From contig CBDCWG010000012.1 of the NCBI GenBank assembly GCA_965223345.1, forward strand, positions 2,144,001 through 2,208,000: 64,000 nucleotides of DNA, in the 5' to 3' direction. The position numbers and the translations under genes were made by a program. Under the pieces are notes generated by a model, which worked only from the letters and a program-made list of their open reading frames with translations, ran no database searches and was not told the origin of the DNA. The stretch is from Nitrospinales bacterium. GTDB taxonomy: Bacteria; Nitrospinota; Nitrospinia; Nitrospinales; VA-1. The stretch's first letter is position 1, and each line of letters begins with the position of its first letter. Shown here piece after piece: positions 20,569-29,898 of the stretch.

Positions 20569-23283
20569 ATGCATAAGAAAGGTGTTGGAGAGTTTCCGTA
20601 TTACGTGGGGGTCAACTCCCTGGCTGAACTGGCCACCAAGGACGATCGAGTCGTCGTTTTGAATATCCTGGGTAAGGAAAGTTCCGGCGTCACGCCGATC
20701 AGTCACGAGTATTCCGGCGGCAACGTCGTGTTCGGCACCGGGCCGGGAAAATCCGGAAAATTTCTGCCGACCAAGCTCGGCAAGATTCCCGTCTACAATT
20801 CCATCAAGGAAGGCATGGAGGCGGGCCACAAGTTCAACACGGTGGTCGTGTACCTGCCGCCGGCGGGCGTGAAGGACGGCGTCGCGGAAGCGGTGCGCCA
20901 GAATCCGGATCTCAAGAAGGTCATCGTATTGACGGAAAAGGTGTCGGTCAAGGATTCGCGCATCATGCGGGCGATCTGCCAGACCAACGGGGTGGATCTT
21001 TTCGGCGGCAACTGCCTGGGCGTGGCGGATGCGTGGAACCACGTGCGGCTGGGCGGCGCGCTGGGCGGCAGCCATCCGGAAGAGTCGCTGATCAAGGGAT
21101 CGGTGGCGATCTTTTCCAACTCCGGCAACTTCACCACCACCATCGCCGTCTATCTGGCGACGGCGGGCTGGGGCACCACCACGTCGGTGTCCAGCGGCAA
21201 GGACGTTTATATCCAGTACGGTCCGAAAGAGTTTCTGTATGCGTTCGAAAACGACAAACGCTCGCAGGCCGCCGTCATGTATTCGGAGCCGGGCGGCTAT
21301 TACGAGTACGGCCTCAAATCCTCCAAACCGATCGTCGCCTGTGTCGTCGGACGCTGGAAGGCGCGGTTGACGAAAGCCTGCGGCCATGCGGGTTCTCTGG
21401 CGGGATCCGGCGACGACGCGATGGCCAAGGAAAAATGGTTCATGGATTACTTCGGCGTGGAAGGGATCTACACGCCGGAAAAACCCATCTTTTCCAAGAA
21501 GGGCGCGCTGGTGACCAACATCGCCCATATCCCCGAAGCGCTGACGAAGGTGATGGAAGCCAACGGCAAGAAGACCGATTTCGAGCCGAAGGGCAGCCTC
21601 TCTCTCAAGTGCTGGTTCGGCAACAACAACGGTCTCAAACTTCCCAAAGAGCTGGACGTGCCCGTGGTCGAGGCGATCAGCCCCTACAACGAGCAGATCG
21701 AGGCGCTGGACAAGCAGGTCGGCGCGCAGTTGCGACGGGAAACGCTCAAGGATGCGAGCGGCGCTTCGATGATGGATCCGAAGACGCAGGTCTCCAAGAT
21801 CCACAACGTTTCCATCCTCGACGCTTCGAAAAAAACGTTCGAGTCGAACCTCGTGTTCGCGTTGACCAAGCAGTATCCCAGCGAATACGGCGAGAAGATC
21901 GCCAACATCGCACTCAATCTGTATGTCAACCAGCACGGTCAGCCCACCATCGCTTCCGCGGAAGCCTCGCGGGAGGCGGGCAACTCGCCCAACACGGTGG
22001 TGGCGGCTGCGGTGAGCATCATCGGTAAGAAGAAAATCGAGAAGTCGATGGCGGCGGCGCAGGTCCTGCTGGATCTGTTCCAGTTCACCAAAATGACCAA
22101 CCCGGAAGAGAACTTCGACTACAAAGCGCAGTTGAAGGAGGCGAAAGAGCACGCGGATGCACTGCTGACCTCCGATAAGGACGGCTGCGGCGAGAAGATG
22201 GTCGAAGGGCTGAAGCAGGCGGGCAACTCGGTGTTCGTCAACTTTCTGGCGGATTTCGCCAAAGCGGAAAAGAAAGTTCCCACCGGGGACGCGCTGTTTG
22301 CGGCGGTCTGGGTGACGCTGGGATGGAACAGCCTGAAAACCAAAAAGATCACCAAGGACTCGCTGGTGCGTCTGCCCTGGTACTCGCGCATCTTCAGCAC
22401 CATCGTCGGGGTCACGGCGTCGCACGACAAGCATCAGAAAGACAGCTTCTGCGGCGTGAGCCTGGAAGAGCTGATCGGCAAGACCTCGTTCACCAAGACG
22501 GCGTTCCTCGCGCTGCTGGGCCGCGAGCCTTCCGAGAGCGAGCTGTTCGAGTTTCAGGTGTTGCTGGGGCTGATCATCACCAACGGACCGGGAACCATTT
22601 CCGCTCAGGGTTCGAAAGGCGCGGTGAGCGCCGACGGTCCCGAGCAGCCCGACCGGGTGCAGGTGAACAAGAGCATCATCGGTTTTCTCACGCACACCGG
22701 TTTCGCGCACGGCGGCAACGGCTACGAAGCGGCGGCGTTCCTGATCGAAAAATTCAAGGACACCAAGCTCAAAAGCCCGTCGGACAAAAATCACGGCCTT
22801 GATCTCGACAAGATGGCGCTGGAGACCGCGACCGAGTACGGGAATTACAAAAAACAGCAGAAAGCGATCGGCAATCTGGACTACGCCAAGATCCCCTGCG
22901 TGAACCATCCCGTGTTCAAAGGCAAGGACGTGAACATGGACCCGCGCGAGGAATTCGTGCGCAAGCTGTTCGAGGAAAAAGGGCTCGACAACGTGTTCCT
23001 CGATTTCTACCACAGCCTGGTCAACGCCCTGTTCAAGGCCAAGGTCAGCAAGAACGTGTACTGCGTGAACATCGACGCGGTGATCGCGGTCATTCTGCTG
23101 AAGATGGTGTGGCAGGACTACAAGGACGGCAAGATGAAGGAAGAGGACATCGAAACCGCAAGTTTCGCCACCTTCCTGTTCGGCCGCATGATCGGCTGCG
23201 CGGCGGAGATCGACGATCACACCAGCCGCGGCAAGAACATGGACACCCGGACGCCCGCGAGCAAATGCGCGTACGTGGGATGA
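20569..23283 (+). CDS. aclA: ATP-citrate lyase, CoA-binding plus citryl-CoA lyase (alpha) subunit, long form
   Basis: GGNCLG, SNSGN, phospho-His GHAG, C-terminal citrate synthase/CCL motifs HGGNG, NHPVF, DPR, NIDAVIA. Confidence 0.85.
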   Translation: MHKKGVGEFPYYVGVNSLAELATKDDRVVVLNILGKESSGVTPISHEYSGGNVVFGTGPGKSGKFLPTKLGKIPVYNSIKEGMEAGHKFNTVVVYLPPAGVKDGVAEAVRQNPDLKKVIVLTEKVSVKDSRIMRAICQTNGVDLFGGNCLGVADAWNHVRLGGALGGSHPEESLIKGSVAIFSNSGNFTTTIAVYLATAGWGTTTSVSSGKDVYIQYGPKEFLYAFENDKRSQAAVMYSEPGGYYEYGLKSSKPIVACVVGRWKARLTKACGHAGSLAGSGDDAMAKEKWFMDYFGVEGIYTPEKPIFSKKGALVTNIAHIPEALTKVMEANGKKTDFEPKGSLSLKCWFGNNNGLKLPKELDVPVVEAISPYNEQIEALDKQVGAQLRRETLKDASGASMMDPKTQVSKIHNVSILDASKKTFESNLVFALTKQYPSEYGEKIANIALNLYVNQHGQPTIASAEASREAGNSPNTVVAAAVSIIGKKKIEKSMAAAQVLLDLFQFTKMTNPEENFDYKAQLKEAKEHADALLTSDKDGCGEKMVEGLKQAGNSVFVNFLADFAKAEKKVPTGDALFAAVWVTLGWNSLKTKKITKDSLVRLPWYSRIFSTIVGVTASHDKHQKDSFCGVSLEELIGKTSFTKTAFLALLGREPSESELFEFQVLLGLIITNGPGTISAQGSKGAVSADGPEQPDRVQVNKSIIGFLTHTGFAHGGNGYEAAAFLIEKFKDTKLKSPSDKNHGLDLDKMALETATEYGNYKKQQKAIGNLDYAKIPCVNHPVFKGKDVNMDPREEFVRKLFEEKGLDNVFLDFYHSLVNALFKAKVSKNVYCVNIDAVIAVILLKMVWQDYKDGKMKEEDIETASFATFLFGRMIGCAAEIDDHTSRGKNMDTRTPASKCAYVG

Positions 23284-23418
23284 CTGGCGCGGTCCATTCA
23301 TGACAGGACCTCTCAGGCAAAGCGGCCGCCCTGGATATTTTCAGGGCGGCGGATAGCCTGAAACGATCCTGAGAGGTTCTTGAGAAGGGTTGACGTTTCG
23401 GCGCACCCCTCAGGGATG

Positions 23419-23453
23419 AAAATCCCCTCCCGAAAACGGGAGGGGATTTTTTT
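23419..23453. terminator. Bidirectional intrinsic terminator
   Basis: AAAATCCCCTCCCG-AAAA-CGGGAGGGGATTTT perfect stem with T tract between convergent aclA and cbiZ. Confidence 0.85.
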
Positions 23454-24129
23454 ATTCGCTTGAAGGCTCCCGCATCACTTCCCGCACGGCTTTGCCGATC
23501 AGTTCTCCAAGTACGGTGTGCATGCCGCAGTAGGTTTCATCCCGTTCGCCGGAGGCGGCGACGGCGATGCAGTCGGTTCCGGTTCCGGTGGCGGGACGGC
23601 CGGATCGGGGGCTGATTTTACCGGCTTCGATCAGGGCGGCGGTCTTCGCCATGGTTGCGGTGTGAACGGCTTCGATCATCCCTTCGATGCGGGGCAGGGC
23701 GTTGGTGGCGAGGATCAGGTTGATCGTGCCGGGTGTTTGCGGCGTGCTGTTCTGTGGCGCGTCGGCAGGATCGCCTACGGCCCTGAGGTTGTGCAGCCCG
23801 GATGTGGCGATGGCGTGCACCCACAAGGGACCCTGGCTCCGGACGCACTCGCGGAAGCGCTCGATGTCCGCTCCGGTGAGCAGCCCCACCGCATCTTCCG
23901 GCAGGTCGAGGGAGGTTTTGACTTGCCGGAAAATACCGTCGAGATCGCTTTCTGCAAACTTTCCTCTGCGGTGGTTGAACACGCAGGCAGCGCGCACCAA
24001 GCCGCCGTTGTGCGGCGCCCAGCTCAGGACCTGCCAGCGACCGGGAAGCCGGATCACAAGCGTGTCTCGAGCCAGATCCACTTTCACTGGGGATGCGGAT
24101 TTTGCAGTGTTGGCCGTCGAGTTTTTCAT
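23452..24129 (-). CDS. cbiZ: Adenosylcobinamide amidohydrolase family protein
   Basis: SWAPHNGG, VGLLTGA, GTINLIL, ATGTGTD, LGELIGKAV motifs. Confidence 0.8.
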   Translation of the reverse strand: MKNSTANTAKSASPVKVDLARDTLVIRLPGRWQVLSWAPHNGGLVRAACVFNHRRGKFAESDLDGIFRQVKTSLDLPEDAVGLLTGADIERFRECVRSQGPLWVHAIATSGLHNLRAVGDPADAPQNSTPQTPGTINLILATNALPRIEGMIEAVHTATMAKTAALIEAGKISPRSGRPATGTGTDCIAVAASGERDETYCGMHTVLGELIGKAVREVMREPSSE

Positions 24130-24210
24130 TGCCGGGAAGTTTGCTTTGAATGGCAATGAAAAGCAAGCGATTTTGTCCTGCGGTGCGCGTGGAACCGAAC
24201 GGATTGAGGT

Positions 24211-24723
24211 TCAGCGGTAGCGCTGGACTTGGAAGCGGTGCATTTCGTAGGGGGCGGCCGCGTCGATGCCGGCTTTTTTGAGGCAGACCCGGAGCTGGTC
24301 CTGGACCGTGTCGATGCCGTCGAGGTTGGGCAGCAGCACGCCCTGTTTGTCCTGGTGGTGCACCGAGAGGCCGTATTCGCGGCAGTCGAGCAGCGCGGGG
24401 TCGTCGATCTTTTCCAGCGGGCTCAGCACATCGATGGACACGGCGATCTCCGGCAGCTCTTGCAGTGAAATCGAATCGAAGCGGGGATCCTGGGTGGCGG
24501 CTTTGAGAGCGTTGTGGATGATCTCGTCGGCCAGGTTTTCGTGCTGCGGTCTCAGGCTGCCGATGCAGCCGCGCAGTTGCCCGTTTCGCTTGAGCGACAC
24601 GAACACGCCTTTTCGTTGCTTGAATTCGTCGCCGAGCGGTTCGGGGCAGAGCAGCGGAAACCCGCTAACCAGATAGTGCCGGATGGAATTGGTGGCCAGA
24701 GATATGTAGGGGTGGGCTTCCAT
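24211..24723 (-). CDS. amrA: AMMECR1-domain protein (AmmeMemoRadiSam protein A)
   Basis: GVFVSL..LRGCIGS, DPRF, GVLLPNL, KAGI. Confidence 0.88.
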   Translation of the reverse strand: MEAHPYISLATNSIRHYLVSGFPLLCPEPLGDEFKQRKGVFVSLKRNGQLRGCIGSLRPQHENLADEIIHNALKAATQDPRFDSISLQELPEIAVSIDVLSPLEKIDDPALLDCREYGLSVHHQDKQGVLLPNLDGIDTVQDQLRVCLKKAGIDAAAPYEMHRFQVQRYR

Positions 24724-24847
24724 GGGACTCCCATTCCTTCCTCCTCTTACTCAGAATAGGACGGGAATTGCCGGGGTGCAAGTGTTTTGCGGAAAAATAC
24801 GGCCCGTCCGGGCGTGCCGGCGGGGCGGAAGCGGCGAAGGAATCGCC

Positions 24848-25849
24848 TCAGGGGCAGGATTTGGCGGCGGTGTGGCGGTCGATTGTGTAATCGGCCACGG
24901 CGATCAGGCAATCGGCGTATTCCGGGTGGGGAAAGTCCTGCCCGCGCAGGGTGGCTTTGGCGCGATCGATGTATTCGCGCGCCAGATCCAGAGTGTAATC
25001 GATTGATTTGGCTTCGCGCAACCGTTCGAGAATGAAGGCGAACTCCTTGTGCGTGATGTTCTCGTTTTTCACGAAGCCTTCGATCTGCTTTTTCATCCTG
25101 CGGTCGCTGTTCTCATACAGGTGCAGCAGGGGCAGGGTGACGTGCCCTTCCTTGAAATCGGTTCCCGGCGGCTTGCCCAGCAGGTCCTCGTCGCCTTCGT
25201 AATCCATGGCGTCGTCCACCAGCTGGAACGCCATGCCGAAATCGTTGGCGAACGAGACGATACTGTCTTCCTGCTCCTTGTCGGCGTTGGCGAGCAACGC
25301 ACCCATCTGGCAGCTCACGGCGATGATGGATGCGGTCTTGCGGTAGATCACATCCAGGCAGTGCTTTTTGCTGACATTGAGTTTGCGCGCCTGGGTGAAT
25401 TCCAGAATGCCGCCCTCGACGAGGATTTTCGTCGCCTCGGCAATGGCCTGGATGATCCTCTGTTCGCAGTCCTGCGCCAGCAGCAGGATGGCGCGGGAAA
25501 TGAGAAAATCTCCCACCAGGATGCTGGCGTCGCTGCCCCATTTGGAATTGACGGTCTCGTTGCCGCGCCGGACGGTGGTTTCATCGACCACGTCGTCGTG
25601 CAGCAGGGTGGCTGCGTGGATGTATTCCACGACGCAGCCGTGTTTGACCACCGTGGCGTCCCCTTCACGGCCGCACAGGCGGGCGGAAATCAGGGTGAGC
25701 AGCGGCCGGATGCGCTTCCCGCCCCCGTCCATCAGGTACTGGCTGATGCCCGGGATGAGAGGCACGTCCGAGGTGTAATTTTTGCGAATGGCCGCCTCGA
25801 CCTTCGACATGTCCTCCTTGAACAGTCTTGTGACGCCGCTGTATTCCAT
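24848..25849 (-). CDS. ispB: Polyprenyl diphosphate synthase (IspB-like)
   Basis: GGKRIRP, HAATLLHDDVVD..RRG, ILVGD, FQLVDD. Confidence 0.9.
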   Translation of the reverse strand: MEYSGVTRLFKEDMSKVEAAIRKNYTSDVPLIPGISQYLMDGGGKRIRPLLTLISARLCGREGDATVVKHGCVVEYIHAATLLHDDVVDETTVRRGNETVNSKWGSDASILVGDFLISRAILLLAQDCEQRIIQAIAEATKILVEGGILEFTQARKLNVSKKHCLDVIYRKTASIIAVSCQMGALLANADKEQEDSIVSFANDFGMAFQLVDDAMDYEGDEDLLGKPPGTDFKEGHVTLPLLHLYENSDRRMKKQIEGFVKNENITHKEFAFILERLREAKSIDYTLDLAREYIDRAKATLRGQDFPHPEYADCLIAVADYTIDRHTAAKSCP

Positions 25850-26222
25850 GGTTGGTCCACCTAGTGATTTGAAGATAAGTCCCGTTGGGGAAAGATCCGG
25901 ACGGATCGCCTTTTTGGGGCCTGTTTTTGGCGTAAACGATTACTTTTATGGGAAAAACCCCATCTTGTCAAGCCAAAAGCCAGCGGCCGCCGGAGTGCCG
26001 AAACGGCGTTTGAAATCCCCCCGGAAGGGAGATAAGGTTTTATAATAGCAGGGCTCGAGCCGTCGCGGCCCGGAAGGGGGCAATGGGGATTGAAGCCCGG
26101 TATCGCCTGTGTAAGTGCTGATATATTAACTTGTTTTTTGCGATCCCGGCGGGGCGGCTCCCGCCGATCGAAATGAAAGGATTTTCCTGCTGAAACCAGT
26201 CACGAATCGAAACCGTCCGCGG

Positions 26223-27086
26223 GTGAGCGTCGTGGTTCCCACATTCAACCGTGCCCATTGTCTCGGTGAAACACTGGAATCGATCGCCGGCCAGAGTTTC
26301 CACGATTTTGAGTTGATCGTGGTGGATGACGGCTCCACCGATGCGACCCGTAGTGTGGTGACCGGATTTCCCGGAGTGCGGTACGAGCGGCTCAAGGAAA
26401 ATGCGGGCGTGTCTGCGGCGCGCAACCGGGGGATCGCTCTGGCCCAAGGAGAATTCATCTGTTTTCTGGATTCGGACGATCTGTGGCATGAGGACAAACT
26501 CGCAAGGCAGGTGGAATGGATGACGGCGCATCCGGATTGCACGGTGTGCTACACGGATGAAATCTGGATCCGCAACGGCGTGCGGGTGAACCCCATGAAA
26601 AAACACGGAAAGTACAGTGGAGACATTTTCAGGCATTGCCTGCCGCTTTGCATCGTCAGTCCTTCGTCGGTGCTGATGCGGGCCTCATTGTTTGAAGAGG
26701 TGGGAGGCTTCGATGAAAGTCTGCCCGCCTGCGAGGATTACGATCTGTGGCTTCGCATCGCGCTAACGCACCCGTTTCATTTTATCGAAGAGAAGCTGAT
26801 CGTGAAGCGCGGCGGCCACGCCGATCAGCTGTCGCACAAGCACTGGGGCATGGACCGCTTTCGCGTGCGGGCGTTGGTCAAACTGCTGGAAGGGGAAGCG
26901 ACGCTTTCCCCGGAGAGGCGCGGCTGGGTCTTGGACACGCTGCGGCAAAAATGCGGCGTGCTGATTCAGGGATCGTTGAAGCGGGGCAACCGGGAGCAGG
27001 CGGAACGCTATCGCGCTCTTTTGCAGCGCTACGCGAGCGCTGCGCAGGCGGTGGCTAACGAGATAACACTCAAAGGATCCTCATGA
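26223..27086 (+). CDS. Glycosyltransferase family 2
   Basis: SVVVPTFNR, VVDDGSTD, AARNRG, FLDSDD, EDYDLWLR; true start probably slightly upstream. Confidence 0.92.
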   Translation: MSVVVPTFNRAHCLGETLESIAGQSFHDFELIVVDDGSTDATRSVVTGFPGVRYERLKENAGVSAARNRGIALAQGEFICFLDSDDLWHEDKLARQVEWMTAHPDCTVCYTDEIWIRNGVRVNPMKKHGKYSGDIFRHCLPLCIVSPSSVLMRASLFEEVGGFDESLPACEDYDLWLRIALTHPFHFIEEKLIVKRGGHADQLSHKHWGMDRFRVRALVKLLEGEATLSPERRGWVLDTLRQKCGVLIQGSLKRGNREQAERYRALLQRYASAAQAVANEITLKGSS

Positions 27087-28225
27087 AGGCGATGCAATCT
27101 CATAACGCCCGGCGTTGGCTGAAGGCGGCGGCTTTGCTGCTTATTCCCACACTGCTGCTGGCGGCGGACAAGCCGCAGGCGGCGATCGAGAAGATCCGCG
27201 AGCGCTGCCGGGCGGTGCTGGAGCAGGCCCTGCAGAACGAGAACGCCTTCGTCCGCGGCGCGGCGGCGCGGGCGGCGGGGGAATCGGGAGACGCCTCGCT
27301 CATCCCGCTGTTGAAGAAAGCCACCCAGGATGTCTATCACACGACGCGGCTGTTCGCGTTGAAGGGGCTCAAGAACGTCTCCGAAGAGGAAGCGCAGGCG
27401 CTTGCGGAGAAGATGGCGAAGGATTCGAACGTGTGGGTGCAGGGGGCGGCGCTGGAGCTTCTGGGGGAGCGCAAAACGCCGGAGGCGCGCGAACTCATCC
27501 TGCCGCATCTGGAATCTCCGGACCGGCCGGTGCGGCTTGCGGCTGCGGCGGCGCTCGTCACCGCGGGAGAAAATCAGTACCTGCCGCGGGTGTTGAAAGT
27601 CGCGAGCGACCCCAATGCGCTGGAACGCTACCAGGCCATCGGTTATCTGGGGAAAATGCCGCCGAAGAAAAGCCTGCCGGCTCTGATGGCGCTGCTGGTG
27701 GATGAGGAAGACGAAACGGTGTATTACAGTTTGCAGGCGATGGGCAAGCGGGTGCCGCGCGAGATGGCCTCGCGGCTCAACCGGCTTTCACGCAGCGACA
27801 ATCCGTCGGTGCGCACGCAGGCGGTTCTGTTGATGGGGCATTTGCCACCTGCTGTGGCGCGCAAGCGCGTGCAGGCGCTGTGCGACGATGCGGATGCGCT
27901 GGTGCGTGTGTCCGCCGCGGTGGCGATGACGCGGATGGGATTTTCCGATTGCAAAGCCGTGTTCGCAAAGGCGCTCCAGCATCCCGATTACGGCGTGCGT
28001 AGCACGACGGCGCGCATTCTCGGGGAGCTGCCGCTGGAAGGGAAGGCGGAGTTGCTTGCCGGTGTGCTGACCGACGCCAACACGCGGGTGCGCACCTCGG
28101 CGGTGCGGGCGATCGGCATGATGGGCGGTGCGGCGGCGTTCCCGCTGCTGGCGCGGATGCTGGATGACCCGCAGGAAGCGGTTCGCGCCTATGCCGCCGG
28201 CGGACTCATGAAGCTCACCCGTTGA
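27083..28225 (+). CDS. Exported HEAT-repeat protein
   Basis: Signal-like N terminus; repeated D..VR..AA.ALG units; start overlaps GT2 stop. Confidence 0.85.
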   Translation: MKAMQSHNARRWLKAAALLLIPTLLLAADKPQAAIEKIRERCRAVLEQALQNENAFVRGAAARAAGESGDASLIPLLKKATQDVYHTTRLFALKGLKNVSEEEAQALAEKMAKDSNVWVQGAALELLGERKTPEARELILPHLESPDRPVRLAAAAALVTAGENQYLPRVLKVASDPNALERYQAIGYLGKMPPKKSLPALMALLVDEEDETVYYSLQAMGKRVPREMASRLNRLSRSDNPSVRTQAVLLMGHLPPAVARKRVQALCDDADALVRVSAAVAMTRMGFSDCKAVFAKALQHPDYGVRSTTARILGELPLEGKAELLAGVLTDANTRVRTSAVRAIGMMGGAAAFPLLARMLDDPQEAVRAYAAGGLMKLTR

Positions 28226-28234
28226 CGGCAGTCC

Positions 28235-29197
28235 TTAAAAGGAAGGCAGGCCGACGATGCGGCCCTGGGCGCCGGGTTTTTTCAAGACATCGGGAAGGGC
28301 CTCAACGATCGCTTGCGAGAGCGCGTCCTTGACGGCCTGTTTGTGGAACGAGCGGCTGGAGACGATGCTGACCTCGCGCGTCGGCACCGGTTCGGTGAAA
28401 GAGCGGATTTTTTTCTTCTTTTCCGCATCCCGCATGTCCTGAATCGCCAGATACGGCAACAGGGTGTAGCCGAATTTTTTGTCCACCAACCGCTTCAGCG
28501 TTTCCAGGTTGCCGCTTTCGAACACCAGGTTTTTGTGTTGCGAGTCGGCGATCTTTCTTTTTTTGCACAGGTCCAGAACCTGATCGCGGAAACAATGGCC
28601 TTCGTTGAGCAGCCAGATGTCTTTGAGGCTCAGTTCGTTTTCCGGGATGCGCTGCTGTTTGTGCAGGGGATGCCGGGGAGACAGGTAGACCACGAAGGGC
28701 TCATAGAACAGCACGCTCTTCTCGATTCCGCGCGTGTTGAGCGGCGTCACCAGAATTCCCGCATCGATCGTATCCTCCCGGAGCTTTTCGACGATCTGCC
28801 CCGTCTGCAATTCTTCGATCACCAGATCGACCTTCGGGTGCCGGGTGACGAAGTCCTCCAGGAACAGCGGCAGCAGGTAGGGCGCCAGGGTGGGGATCAC
28901 GCCGAGCTTGAACTCGCCCTGAATTTCGTCTTTCTCGCTGTGGATGATCTCCTCGATGCGGGACACTTCCCAGAGCACGGTCTGCGCCTGCTCGAGGATT
29001 TTCCGGCCGATCGCCGTCGGCTGCACGGGTTTTTTCGAGCGGTCGAAGATCCGCACGCCCAGGTCTTCCTCGAGCTTTTGGATCTGCATGCTCAGGGTCG
29101 GCTGGGTGACGAAGCAGGACTGCGCCGCGAGGCCGAAATTGCGCTCGCGCAGCACCGCCAGGATGTAGCTCAGTTGTGTGAGTGTTATAGATTTCAT
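28235..29197 (-). CDS. oxyR: Hydrogen peroxide sensor, LysR family
   Basis: LysR HTH CFVTQPTLSMQIQKLE; redox Cys pair GHCFRDQVLDLC; divergent from dps. Confidence 0.92.
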   Translation of the reverse strand: MKSITLTQLSYILAVLRERNFGLAAQSCFVTQPTLSMQIQKLEEDLGVRIFDRSKKPVQPTAIGRKILEQAQTVLWEVSRIEEIIHSEKDEIQGEFKLGVIPTLAPYLLPLFLEDFVTRHPKVDLVIEELQTGQIVEKLREDTIDAGILVTPLNTRGIEKSVLFYEPFVVYLSPRHPLHKQQRIPENELSLKDIWLLNEGHCFRDQVLDLCKKRKIADSQHKNLVFESGNLETLKRLVDKKFGYTLLPYLAIQDMRDAEKKKKIRSFTEPVPTREVSIVSSRSFHKQAVKDALSQAIVEALPDVLKKPGAQGRIVGLPSF

Positions 29198-29236
29198 CTA
29201 TTTCATTATAGCTATAATAGATTAGACTTATCAATG
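29187..29236. promoter_or_regulatory. OxyR-type operator with overlapping divergent promoters
   Basis: ATAG-N7-CTAT at 29187-29201, ATAG-N7-TTAT at 29217-29231; palindrome ATTATAGCTATAAT gives TATAAT on both strands. Confidence 0.7.
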
Positions 29237-29297
29237 GAAAACGATATCATGGGGTCAGGAAAACAGATTCGCCTCTAAAGAAAAAAGGAGGAACACC

Positions 29298-29768
29298 ATG
29301 AACATCGACATCGGAATTCCCGAAACAGAACGCAAAGAAATCGCGGAAGGCCTGTCCCGGCTTCTCGCGGATACCTATACCCTGTACCTGAAAACCCACA
29401 ACTTCCACTGGAACGTCACCGGCCCGATGTTTCAGACCCTGCATCTCATGTTTGAGACGCAGTACAACGAGCTGGCTCTCGCGGTGGACGGAATCGCCGA
29501 GCGCATCCGCTCTCTCGGGTTTCCCGCTCCGGGAAGCTATGCGGCATTTGCAAAGCTCGGCTCCATCAAAGAATCGACCGGCGTGCCCAAGGCCAGGGAC
29601 ATGATCCGCGAACTGGTGGAAGGCCAGGAAGCGGTGGCGCGTACGGCCCGGGCGGTGTTTCCGGCCGCGGAAAAAGGCAGCGACGAGGCCACGGCGGATC
29701 TGTTGACGCAGCGCATCCAGATCCACGAGAAAACCGCCTGGATGCTGCGCAGTCTGCTGGAAGAATGA
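29298..29768 (+). CDS. dps: Dps DNA-protection/ferritin-like protein
   Basis: [42 protein letters not shown]. Confidence 0.95.
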   Translation: MNIDIGIPETERKEIAEGLSRLLADTYTLYLKTHNFHWNVTGPMFQTLHLMFETQYNELALAVDGIAERIRSLGFPAPGSYAAFAKLGSIKESTGVPKARDMIRELVEGQEAVARTARAVFPAAEKGSDEATADLLTQRIQIHEKTAWMLRSLLEE

Positions 29769-29898
29769 ACGACTATCCGGAGAGATTTCACATTCATGAG
29801 CGATGAATAAATATATACAGCCGGGAACAAATCGGGGGCGATGCGGGATCCCCGCAACTCGCCGCTCCCTGAACACACTCAAACTGGAGGATCGAACG

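Noticed and set aside
20473..23301. 942-aa antisense ORF and the other long shadow ORFs
   Set aside because: Mirror frames of real GC-rich genes, no domain motifs
23305..23325. Glycine riboswitch (CTCTCAGG)
   Set aside because: No upstream GAGA/CCGAAG core and it lies at convergent 3' ends
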